Source: Paraspadella gotoi (taxonomy: Eukaryota > Animalia > Chaetognatha). Taken from it: a stretch of 64,000 nt of DNA. The position numbers and the translations under genes are program-made. The DNA lies in assembly GCA_051294375.1 (NCBI GenBank), contig CM119270.1, positions 9,673,530 to 9,737,529 of the forward strand. Reading direction: 5' to 3'. Of this stretch, positions 52,314 to 64,000 are shown one piece after another; position 1 is the first letter of the stretch, and every line of letters begins with the position of its first letter. Under the pieces are notes generated by a model that ran no database searches, was not told the DNA's origin, and was given only the letters and a program-made list of their open reading frames with translations.

Positions 52314-54799
52314 TGATGAAGGGTTGATGGATTTTAGTCCACCATAGTACTATGTTTTACTATTTCCATAATTTGTAAAATTCTTTACACTATTAATATC
52401 AACAGAAAATATACTTACGTCACACATGATATTCATTCCATTTTCACATAATTCTCAATTTCTTCCTTTTGATTAATTTCTAAAATCCTTAAAAACATAT
52501 CTAGTATCACTTTGTTAAGTACTTCGGAAACCTTCAATGGCGATAGTATCCATTAAGACAATCATCTCGATATCAAATCATTATTTCCGATTCAATCTAG
52601 CATCTCTTTGCAGATGCAAGATCAACACCTAATTCCCACAATCCTCACCCACAAATCTCACCCACAATCTCCAAAAACCCTTTCTTGAGACTTCCTTCCT
52701 CAGTTCCTGGTTTTTCCTCGACGCAGCATTTTTCACGCAGCGAGAGGAGGCAACGGGAAAAGATGCTTGGGTTTGGGAAAACGGAAAGGTTAGGGATGAT
52801 GGCAGGAGGGATTATGAGCCGGAGTCAAATGTTGTTACTCTGCCTAACTTTTTATAAAACTGGTGCCACCAATATATAAATTACCCATTCATTGAATGAA
52901 TAAGCTATCTTTTCCTCGACAGGCTGAGGTGGGTTATATGGTGGCTTATAGTTATATCGTTGATGGAATATGTGTTTTTACTTTCTCACGTGCCAAAGAG
53001 GGCGTTCGAGGATTCTGCAATGTTGGCAAATCCCGATAGAAAGAGAATTAGGTCAAACGATTGAGCGTCGATGAATGGGTTTTAGATGGGTAGGATTGAC
53101 ATCGACGAAGTTGAAGGTTATGAATAAGAATATTCATTCAAGAATCAACTATTGGTTTTATGAACATGAATTTTAGGAAAGCCCTTAAGTAATAAATGAG
53201 ATAAAAAAGGTCACAGTACATTCATTAATTCGTAACGTGAATGAATAAAATAAATAAACAAAGTAAATCCAACCAAATAAAGAAAAGGAGTCAATAAACG
53301 CACCGCCTCCAGTCAAAGTCCGGAAAAAGAAAAAAAAAAAATTCCGATGGATTTCGCGCCGGAAGATTCGATGGGGCGGAAAATGTCTCGGCTGCCCTTT
53401 GGGTGATGGATTCGCGAGGGGAAAATGACGTGCGACGTCGTTGGTGTGTTATAGTTGTCGTCGTTATTATGAGCACAGCTTAAAAATATATATTTCTATA
53501 TACTAGGAATCCAAAATTTACGTTTTAAAACAGATATTTTACTCTTAAACAACATTAGTTTTCAGTGCCGATAATTTTAATTACGTTGTTTTTCTGCTTA
53601 GATCTAAATTAATAAAAAATGAATATAAAGTTTCGGTCGCGATCCCTAGACCCTCTTTCTACGGGTGAACGTCTATAATTCAACGCCATCTACGTTGTAA
53701 ACACCATATTAGTGGCTTCTCCCAAAAAAATTTGGGTCAGAGTCTGAACGAGAGGGTGAAGACTCAGAGTGAGGACCATCGAAGAAATTCTTAGGTTTTA
53801 AGTTGTGCCGCGAGGACTCGCCGAGCAAGTAACTTTTCGGTCGGTCCGTCAGTCGATCGGTATGTCTCTTCGTCTGTCTGACCCACTCACGTTAAAATAC
53901 ATATAATTTGCCTATAGTTGGTTGCTCATTTGTTAGGGCAGAAAAAACCTCAAATCATTTCATATCATGTGTGAGAATTGTCGCTTATTCTCATGCTAGT
54001 GCGGACGAGCGTCTGATGTTTCGCCCGTAACGAATTGTCTCAACGTGAGTCGCCAAGGAAAAGTTGTGTAATAAATGTTGAAACGTGTTAATTCTTTTTA
54101 GAGATCCCTCGGAAACTCGTAAAAAAGGGAAAGCGCGACATTAGGCGAAATATCTTTCACATATGTCATGTTCTGTTTTACTATGTGATCAATTATAAAT
54201 ACATGTGAAAATGAAGACACTGCGGCGCAACACATTGGAATTACCGTTCTTGTTTTCTGCTGAGTCATGGGTCAAATTGAGGTCAACTTTTATGGTGGAT
54301 GGAGATGGGGTAACGAATGATTGGGAGAGGTTAAGGCGCGATTGGGAGTGAGTTATAGAAAAGATGATGGAATATGCAGCCTGAGTAGGTCGAGGACTGA
54401 GGAGGGTCAGGTGGCATCGGGGTTTAACGCCCTCTGTCGCAAATGAAGCAAACGGTCGACGACTTCGTCGTCGTCGTCGTCGTCGTCAAATGCCGACGCG
54501 GCGGTCACATCTGCCGTCATCGTCTCCAGCGTCATCGGGGCTGCCACGCCCACTGCCTCGTCTCCAATCACCGCCTCGTTCTCGGTCAACGCCGCCGTCA
54601 CCCAAGCTCGATGGAGAAAATCGTCGCTTTTATCGATTTCTCAAAGTCTTTGACAAAGACATGTTTTCTTCTTTTTTTGATTTTTTCTCTCGTTTTATTC
54701 ATAAAGGGTTTTTCGGTCTTTATTGCGATCTTTCTTTTCACCTTTATCTTAATTTGTGACGTCGTCGTCGTCATCGTCGTTGTCGTCTGCGTCAAGATT

Positions 54800-55230
54800 T
54801 TTCATGTCAGAATACCAAATTATGATAAATTATGTAAAAAAAAGATATCCGTCCGTCCGTCTATCCGTCCGTCCGTCCGTCCCCCTTTAACAAAAAACTC
54901 CAATTACTCGTGATTGGATGGATGGATTAGAAAAACAATTTGTGTGAGGGTAGGGAATTGTGTGATTGAGCTGGATATAAAGTTTCAATGGAATCTTACG
55001 AGTGGAAATGAGTTTAAATGGAAAAAAAAATTTCATTATTTGAACGCCAATCACTCAAGAGTGGATGGGGCAATTGACTTAAATTTTTTTAGGAAAGTGT
55101 GTGAATAGGCTGGAAATTTAGTTTCGATAGAATCGTTTGAGTGGAAATGAGTTTAAATGGAAAAAAAAACAAAAAACCTGTTTTACTAATTGATTATGCC
55201 TCTTTTTTTTATTAAATGTAAATGCAAAAT
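54800..55230 (+). mobile_element. Family A internal fragment with (CCGT)n
   Basis: Matches 14200-14325 and the reverse complement of 33880-34290. Confidence 0.65.
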
Positions 55231-55539
55231 CATGGAAGGGCAGAGAGGATGTGAAAGAAACAAAAAAGTTGCCATCTCTGAAACTTATAAAATCTTAAAG
55301 TATACCTATGAGACACTTAATGTGGTAGGTCAGTAAAATTCGATAAAGGCAGGTTTTTTTTCAATTCTCATTAAAGTTTTTGAAAATTTTGAATTAGTTT
55401 AGTGAATATGCTTACAATTTTAATGTCTATACATCTATCATTATCTACATAGCATAAGCTTTAATTTGAGACCTCTCCCAACTTTCTACTATTTTTTGTT
55501 ATTGAATTATAAGTAAAAATCATTTAATTAAAAAAAAAT

Positions 55540-56100
55540 ATTAATCAATCAGTTCTTTCAAACAGATTATTTCTTAAATATAAAAGTACAAATATGTTTT
55601 AAAAATGCAGTTCTACTTTATAAAATTATTATAAAAAATAAATAATACAGATAATTAATTTTATTTTAAAAAAAATTATGTGATATTTAATTAAAACTTA
55701 ATCTCAAATAAAATAACAGATAATATGAGCTGAGCACTTTAATTCAAAATCATATCCAGCTTTTAAAAGTAATTATATGTTTTATTACTTAACAAAAAAA
55801 ATATTTTATTATAAAATTATATTATAATAATAGCTTGCTTAATATTTGATATATATTATTAATAGACAAATGTGTAAAAATATTAACAAACATAATGCTT
55901 TAACTTTTAATACTTTATTAGAGTATATTTTAATATTTTTCAAAATATTTTTTTAATTTTTAAAATTTTTTATATTAAAATTATTATTAATTAAAAAAAA
56001 TTATTTTGAAGCCTAATACGTAGAACTGAATTTTAAGAACATATTTATATCTTTATTTTTAAGAAATAATCTGTTTAAAGGTACTAATTGATTAATCTTT
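55540..56100. repeat. AT-rich inverted repeat (foldback/MITE remnant)
   Basis: 55543-55617 is the approximate reverse complement of 56020-56096. Confidence 0.6.
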
Positions 56101-56990
56101 TTGAAAAAAAAAATCATTGTGGTATAATCCTTTCTTTTCGTTGTGTAATAATCCTAATTTAAATTAAATTATAAACCACCAAAGCCTGTCCAAAGTCAGG
56201 GGCAAGATAGCTTATTTATTAAATGAATGGATAATTTTTATATTGGTTGTACCAATTTCATATATATATTTTTTTTATCAGCGCTGCTTCTTCAGAATTG
56301 TTTAAAAACGAGTTCAGCGGTTGGACTTCTCTTTTTCTCTTTTTTTTTCTCTTTCTCTCTCTCCTCACTCGTTTGTTTGTTTTATTTACAATGAATGATG
56401 ACTATCATCGCATCAATGAATGCTTATCATCGCATCAGTGAATGACTATCATCACATCAAGGAAAGACTATCATCTCATCAGTGAATAACTATCATCGCA
56501 TCATAGTCTCCCTCTCTTTTCCTCCCCCCCTCTCTCTTTCTCTCTCTCTCTCTCAAGTATTTTTCGTTTGATTTACGATTTTATTTACTGCAATATGCAA
56601 ATTAGAATATAGTACTTACTGCAATTTAAAAATAAATTATTTTATAATAAACTTTTAAGATTTTTTTTTTATATTTCGTTTTATTTTAAATCATCATATT
56701 TTGTGATTTGTTTCGTTTCCAGTTACTTTTTTATGCAGTTAATTTTATTTAATTCGCTAAAAAGTTATTAAATCAATCGCCTCGAAATAACTTCATATTT
56801 CCTTAAACTCTTTGCGTAGGAAACCCGATTTAATTCACCTAACCATATACGGAAACCAAGAAAACCATTATTAGAATTACAAGCGAAAAAAAGGTTAAAA
56901 AAGAATAAAAAAACGGCGACTTAAAATCAGTTGGTTGAACTTGACTGAAAAACGGAAGTGGAGTCAATAGTAATTAACTCTTTTTTTTCT

Positions 56991-57894
56991 TTTTATCGAG
57001 CCTACCGGCGAAGCCGGTTCAGGCTCGATATTGATTCGGGTCAGCTTCTTTGTGACGTCGTCGTCGTCGGCGTCGGCGTCGTCGTCGGCGTCTCGCTTTT
57101 TTGTATAAAAACTACTACGCTTTTATAGTTTTAAATAAAAATTATTATTAATTATGATAAAGTTTTACAAAAGTGTGCGATCATAGTAAGTTAAAAATTT
57201 AGATATGGCTTCTCATCTTGAAATAGCTTTGATATTTTCTTATTACATTTGGATTTAAGTATTTTTTGTTTGAATTTCCACTTCATTATGATTTACTGCA
57301 ATATGCAAATGAGATTAAGTACTCATTAAAATATTCAAATTAGTATATAGAAATGCTTTAATCTAATTTACATATTGCAGATATATATTGAGAGATTCAA
57401 TTTTTTTTTAAATTATAATAAAAATGGGAACTCAAAGGATTTTTAATGAGAAGCTATATCTTAATTTTAATACAAATAAAAATAAAATCTTTTACAAGCT
57501 ATGATTGGAAAAAATTGAAAAATTTCCAATTGTAAACAATTGTAACATATTTTTGCCTTTCTTTTATTTCTTTAAATATATATATATATATTTTTTTTTT
57601 CTTTTTCTGAAAAAACGAGTTCAGGCTCTGCAGTGATTGTACAGCGGCCTTCCAGCAGCTGTCCAGCTTTGTCTCTCTCTGTGTCTCTCTCTCTCTCTCG
57701 TCGGGAAGAAACTTTCGTGGATTCGTTCATCGGCTTTTATTCATCAGTGGTTCATTTACAACCGGACATTTCTTCTACAAACGTTTCGTGTATAAAAAAA
57801 ATTCAACTTGACCAAGATCACGCCGCCGTTGCGCAGAGTGACCTGATATTGCCGTATCGTTGGCGGGAAAACACTCTCTCTCTCTCTCTCTCTT

Positions 57895-57925
<31 letters not shown>

Positions 57926-58014
57926 CTCTCTCTCTCTCTCTCTCTCTTCTTTTTTTTACAAAAAAAATAATTTTATTAACTTTTTTTTTCACACCCCGAG
58001 TAAACGAGTTCCGG

Positions 58015-58056
<42 letters not shown>

Positions 58057-58904
58057 CCTGTTTTTTTTAGTCACTTTTTTTTTCACACCGTTACTAGGCG
58101 ACGGTAAACGAGTTCTGCCTCTGCAGCGTCTGTTCAGCTTCTTTCTCTCTCTCTCTCTCTCTCTCTCTTCTGTCTCTTTCTCTCTTTACGATCTCTTGCG
58201 TGATCCGTTCGTTTTTTGAAAAATTCTGATTATTTTTTTCCATTTAAAAACTTTTATTATTGCCATTTATTCAGCGCTTTTTTCTCAATTCAAAATCTGA
58301 GATTTTCTTGGATACATTTTGAAAAAAGTGAAAAATAACTTATAATGCCATGCAATGTCACATGTGCTTCTGCTCATGTAAAAAAAGAACAATCTAAAAT
58401 TTCATTCAAGATTAATTTTTTTTAAAATTAGGAAAGAAAAATTTTTTTGATAAGTAAAAAAAAGATTTGGAAGTCAAAAATATCATAGTCAACTATATAT
58501 TTTGTTAATAGAAATTATAATTTTTTGACCATTATTATTGAAAATAGTTTCGTTTTATCGCGACGAGTTTTCATTTCATACAATCAATATCAATCTCATT
58601 CATTTTCAATAATATGCAAAAAAATTAGGTTTTCAACCTCATTTTGAACTAGATGAACCAAAGACTTCAGTCTTATTTCAATTGAAAAAAAAAGAAAGTT
58701 AATTGATGCTTAATCACACTCTAACAAAACAATTTTATTTCTATCACGCCACTTTTTTCTTAATACAAAATCCCAAATTTATTTCCGAGATTTTTGTGTA
58801 TTTTTATTTTTTTCTTTCTAAAAACTTTTATTATTATTTTATTATTCTCTCTATATTTCTCTCTCAATCAACTCTCTGTCTCTCTCTGTCTCTCTTGCTC
58901 TCTG

Positions 58905-58935
<31 letters not shown>

Positions 58936-59229
58936 AATTAACTCATCACGTCAATGAATGACTAGCATCGCATCAATGAATGACTATCATCGAATCAATG
59001 AATGACTATCATCGCATCAATGAATGATTATCATCCGATCAATGAAGGAATATCATCGCATCAATGAATGATTATCATCGCATCAATGAATGACTATCAT
59101 TGCATCCATCATTTGGTTATCATCGCATCAATCCTTCGGTTATCATCGCATCAATATTTGGTTATCATCGCATCAATATTTGGTTATCATCAAAAGTAGG
59201 CTCGATCCCTATTGCTTTTAAGATTTTTT
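56991..59229 (+). mobile_element. Helentron-associated non-autonomous element, family B
   Basis: T-run, 5' hairpin atcgagcct-accggcgaagccggt-tc-aggctcgat, (GTC)n microsatellite, 22-bp array atcaatgaatgactatcatcgc at 58950-59190, 3' partner aggctcgat at 59198 and a T-run end. Confidence 0.7.
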
Positions 59230-59880
59230 AAAGAACAGAAAGATCAGGGTAGATAAAAAACCAAACATTACTCCTTGGAAGACTTCTTAACAGAACTTTA
59301 AAAAAAAATTTTTTCTATTAAATTTCTTAAATGTTATTTTCTTTAATATGTAAATCACTAAAGGTCTTTTTTTTTATTGTTCGAGTTTTTTTTCCGCGAT
59401 CAATTGAAACGATTCTCCGGTTGCGTGCGGAAAGTCAAGACTCTCACCGCCTGCTGCGCTTTCCCAGCCTCCACCCCTTCCCCTCTCCCCGCCGTTTCTT
59501 AACATTTCATTCTCTCTTCTGACTGTTCAGTGTTTTTACCTCTACATATTACATATATCCTAGATCCTACTCATCACATACTCTTACAACAATACAATTT
59601 TGGTGTTTATCCGTAATGCTGTATGCCCTTTTGAATGTACTGTTTCAACTAATTGTTGTAAACGAATAACCACATATATGAGCCCACTTATTCTTCCTTT
59701 TTATATTTTATGTCGTTTGTATCTACCAACCTCTCTTTAATAAACCATCAACAACGAATCCTCGACAGCGTAACCTCCCCTTAACATACCCACGCACTCC
59801 CCACCAAAACCATGGCTAAGAATTCAGCGGCAGCACGATTTAATTCACTCCTTTTTCTCTTTTGCCTTTTCTTCCTCTTG

Positions 59881-60746
59881 TTATCAAGCCATGACCGGCG
59901 AAGCCGGTTCAGCGCTTGATATTAGGATTTCGGGTGAGATTCTTTTGTGACGTCGTCGTCGTCGTCGCTCGCGGCCGTCAACGTCAGCTGTTTTTAAATA
60001 AAAACTAGCTGACGCGTATTTATAGGTTGGCTGTCACTACCGTTTTTTTTAAAAAAAATAAAAATTTATATGAATATTCTAAAAAGTTTTACAAAAGTGT
60101 GCGATCATTAGTAAGTTAAAAAATATAGATATAGGCTTCTCAACTTGAAATAGTTGATATTTTCTTATTAACATTTGGATTTAAGTATTTTTTGTTTGAA
60201 TTTCCACTTCATTATGATTTACTGGCAATATGCAAATGAGAATATAGTACTGATTATAAATCCAAATTAGTATATAGAAATGCTTAAGCTAATTACATAT
60301 TGCAGTATATAATATTGAAGAAAATTAAAAAATTTTTTTTAAAATTTCTAATAAAAATGGGAACTCAAAGGATTTTTTAATGAGAACGTAATATCTTAAT
60401 TTTAATACAAATAAAAATAAAATCTTTTACAAGCTGCGATTGGAAAAAATGGAAAAGTTTCCAATTGTAAACCATTGTAACATTTTTTGCCTTTCTTATT
60501 ATTTTTTTAATTATATAGTATCTTTTTAGGCGCTGCCTTTTCTGAATCGTTTAAAAACGAGTTCAGTTTCTCTCTGTCTCTCTTGTGTGTGCGATCTCTT
60601 GGCGTGATCGTTCGTTTTTTGAAAAATTCTGATTATTTTTTTTTCTAAAAAAGACATATATATTTGATCAGGCGCGGCCTTTTCTGAATCGTTAAAAAAA
60701 ACGAAGTTCAGGCCTCTCTTCTCCTCTCACTCCTCCGTCTCCCTCC

Positions 60747-60795
<49 letters not shown>

Positions 60796-62905
60796 ACAAA
60801 AAAAAATTATTCACTTTGTTTTACCACGTTTTTTGAAAAATTTATTATTTCTTTCCTTATAAAAACTTATTATCGCCATTATATCCGCGCTTCTTTCTCA
60901 ATACAAAATCCCAAATTTACATCTGAGATTTTCGTGGATTTTTTGGAGAAAATGTGAAGAAAACTTACTTGACCTGGTATCGTGGCCGTTGCGGGGCAAC
61001 GAGTAAACAATGTCGAGGAACATGACCTAATAACGCGTTTTGATGGCAACGGAAACGTTACGTGTATAAAAAAAAATCAACTTGACCGAGATCACGGCCG
61101 ATATAAACAAGAGTGACCATTAATACAGTATCGTGGCGGGAAAACTTTCTCTCTCGTCTCTCTCTCTCTCCTCGTCCTCAGTCTCTCGTCTCCTCCTTCT
61201 CTTTTTTTTTTTTTTTAACAAAAAAAAAAAGAATTTATTCACTTGTAAACGAGTAAACGAGTTCCGCTCTCTCTCTCTCTCTCTCTCGTCTCTCTCTCAC
61301 TTCTCTCTATCTGTCTCTCTCTCTCTTTCTCTCTTTCTATCCTCTTTTTTTGTACAAAAATAATTTTTAGTCACCTCTTTTTTCACATCCGTCACTTATA
61401 ACGAGTTCCGGCTCTCTCTATCTCCTCTCTCTCTCTCTTTTTTTTTTTTTATACAAAAAAAAAATTTTTTTAGTCACGTTTTTTTTTTCACCAGGGCGAC
61501 GAGTATACGACGTAAACGAGTTCCGGCTCTGTTCAAGTCATTTCTTCTCTCTCCTCTCTCGCTCTATCTCCGTCTCTCATCTCTCTCTCTCTCATTCTCT
61601 CCTCGTCTCTCGTCTCTCTCTCTCTCTCTCTCTTGTCTCTCTCTCAATGTACGATCGTTGTCGTTTTTTGATCTATTTATTTTCTTCCTTCTAAAAACTT
61701 TATATCGCCATTTATTTTTTTTCTCTATACAAAATACCAAATTACATCCGAGATTTTCATGGATTCATTTAGAAAAAAATGCAGCAATATGGTCCACAAT
61801 GTACATCGCAGCTTTGCTCGCGTAACATTATGCTCTATATGTCCGGCAATTGCGCGGATTAATTTAATTGCATAATAACTTTTAAAAATTTTTGCGTTAT
61901 TACGTAACTTTGGACTCGGTCGGCCACTATTTGGCAAATATATATCTAAAATAGGAGTTGAGAAGAGAGATATTGTCAAATTAAACATTACTGTTTTTTG
62001 TATTCTAAACAATTTTTAAAATTTTAAAAATTGTAAATTTTTTTTAGTGTATATATTTAATCATTTTTATTCTTTTTAAAATAAAATTATATTGAGTGGG
62101 ATAAATATTTTATAAATTAGTTAAAATATGCAATATATGAAATTTGACCTCGTCTGGTTCTTCTTAAAAAAAAAGAACATGCTAAAATTCATTCAAGATT
62201 AAAACTTTTTTAAGATGAGGACATAAAATTTTTTTTTGATAAGTAAAAAAATATAGAAAGGAAAAGAGTCGTCCCTACTGCATACAGATACGTCGAAAAA
62301 CGAGTTCAGCTCTGTCAGGGCGGTCCAGCTTCTTCTCTATCTATCTTCCTCTCTCGCGTTCTCTCTCTCCTTCCTCTCTCTCTCTCTCCTCTCTCTCTCC
62401 TCTCTTCTCTCTCTCTCTTTTTTCTGTCTATTTATTCCGCCATTTTTATCCGCGCTTTTTCTCCAATACAAAAAACCCAAATTTACATCCGAATGATTTT
62501 TCTAAAAAATTTTGATTATTCTTTATATAAACGAGAGAGCGAAAAACGTGACCAGCCCCTCTCTCACCTCTTCCTCTCTCTCCTCTCATCCTCTCTCTCT
62601 TCTCTCTCTCTCTCTTTCATCATACACAGCATTTGTTTGTTTTATTACGATGAATGAACTCATCGCGTCAATGAATGACTACATCGCATCAATAATGATA
62701 TTATCATCAATCAATGAATGATTATCATCAACATCAATGAATGACTATCATCGCATAATCATTTGATTATCATCACATCAGTTATTTTATTATCATCGCA
62801 TCAATTATTGGTTATCATCCGAATCAATATTTAGGTATCATCGCATTAAATTATTGTTGTTACCATCGAAACTGGCGATCCCTATTGCTTTTAAAGAATT
62901 TTTCC
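59881..62905 (+). mobile_element. Second, noisier family B copy with internal duplications
   Basis: Same 5' hairpin (ccggcgaagccgg), colinear with 57000-57600, same 22-bp array and gatccctattgctttta end. Confidence 0.65.
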
Positions 62906-63696
62906 CTAAAAATTCTGATTGCGTTTCGTTGGCGGGAAAAACTGTCCAGCCTCTCTTCTCTCCTTCTCTCGTCTCTCTCCTCTCTCTTCTCTTCTCTTTC
63001 TCAAAACATGGAAGATGATCATGAACAGCGCACTTTGTTTGTTTTATATATTACGATTGAAAATGATGACTCAAATCGAAATCGCATCAATGAATGACTA
63101 TCATCATGGCTTGTTCCTTATGCTTTTAAGATTTTTTTTTCTTATTTTTGAATTGTTGTTTTTTTTTCCCTTGATTTTATTTTCCTTTTTCTCTTTTTTA
63201 CTTTCAATTTTTCTCTTTTCTCTTTTCACTTTTATTTATCCTATTTTCTAACTTTAGAAACTGCCTTGCTCAGTTGACTAAAATGAGCCTTTTGACTCTT
63301 ACAATGTGTGCTAATGAGAGTCAGACATTTTAAATGTCAAACACGTGATATATTTTACGAAATTCAAAAAATTGCCTGACAGGTTTGTCTCTCATTAAAA
63401 TTTGTTTCTATATAAAAATTTGTGTATAATGAATATTGGTAGTATTAGTCAGTAGCCACCGAAAAGCTTTGTTCTGTTATAAATGATTCGACAAGAACTG
63501 CTGTTCAGTAAATATAGTAAAGTTGGTAATATCTCACATTGAAATGAAATAATTCGTTTTCGTTAACAAAGTCATTTCATTCCGTTTATGGCGCTCTTAT
63601 GCGATTTTCTATATTCTCCTCATACCACGTTTGTTCCCTCGGGCTCTGACCAATCGAATTTCTTTTGCTCACCTAGCCCACACTCCAGATATTCGA

Positions 63697-63741
<45 letters not shown>

Positions 63742-64000
63742 GAGAAGCGTTTTACCTTGAATCTTCGTCTGTCTTATCTGATTTTCCGCCCACTTGTAAT
63801 AACTAATAAGATTCTATTATTTTCACGGTGAATAGTTTCATATCTTTTTTTCTATTATATTTTTTATGAATTCAACTTAAATATTGATAATTTTCGTTAA
63901 TTGTCGTTAAATGTATTATATATTCTTTGAAATATGCAATGTTTGGTCATTCCTAATTTTTTAATTTGTCATTTTTTTAATTTTGATTAATTTATTATGC

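Noticed and set aside
63300-63560. Possible decayed zinc-finger sequence on the minus strand (FQCEI..FLSNHL)
   Set aside because: It needs frameshifts, and no complete C2H2 spacing is recoverable.

Overview
AT-rich metazoan genomic DNA (probably arthropod, possibly crustacean, judged from the dense (GA)n microsatellites; this is inference). The window lies inside one large minus-strand gene for a single-headed inner-arm axonemal dynein heavy chain (DNAH12/Dhc62B-like). I reconstructed 10 phase-compatible exons between 45774 and 11445 that encode AAA4 (P-loop GVGGSGRQS), stalk CC1, the microtubule-binding domain and the start of CC2. The gene continues beyond both window ends. Two further GC-rich candidate exons (27733-27823 and 26928-27028) form a frame-preserving 64-aa cassette rich in PKA-type motifs, inserted in AAA4. 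The 16.7-kb intron holds a same-strand, intronless 12-finger C2H2 zinc-finger gene. The introns also contain a roughly 3.7-kb tandemly repeated, tail-to-tail Ty3/Gypsy structure (1-11 kb, noisy sequence), two families of DINE-1-like non-autonomous Helentron elements, several MITEs/TIR elements, a tRNA-derived SINE candidate, minisatellites and three assembly gaps. Family assignments come from recalled motifs, not from database searches.
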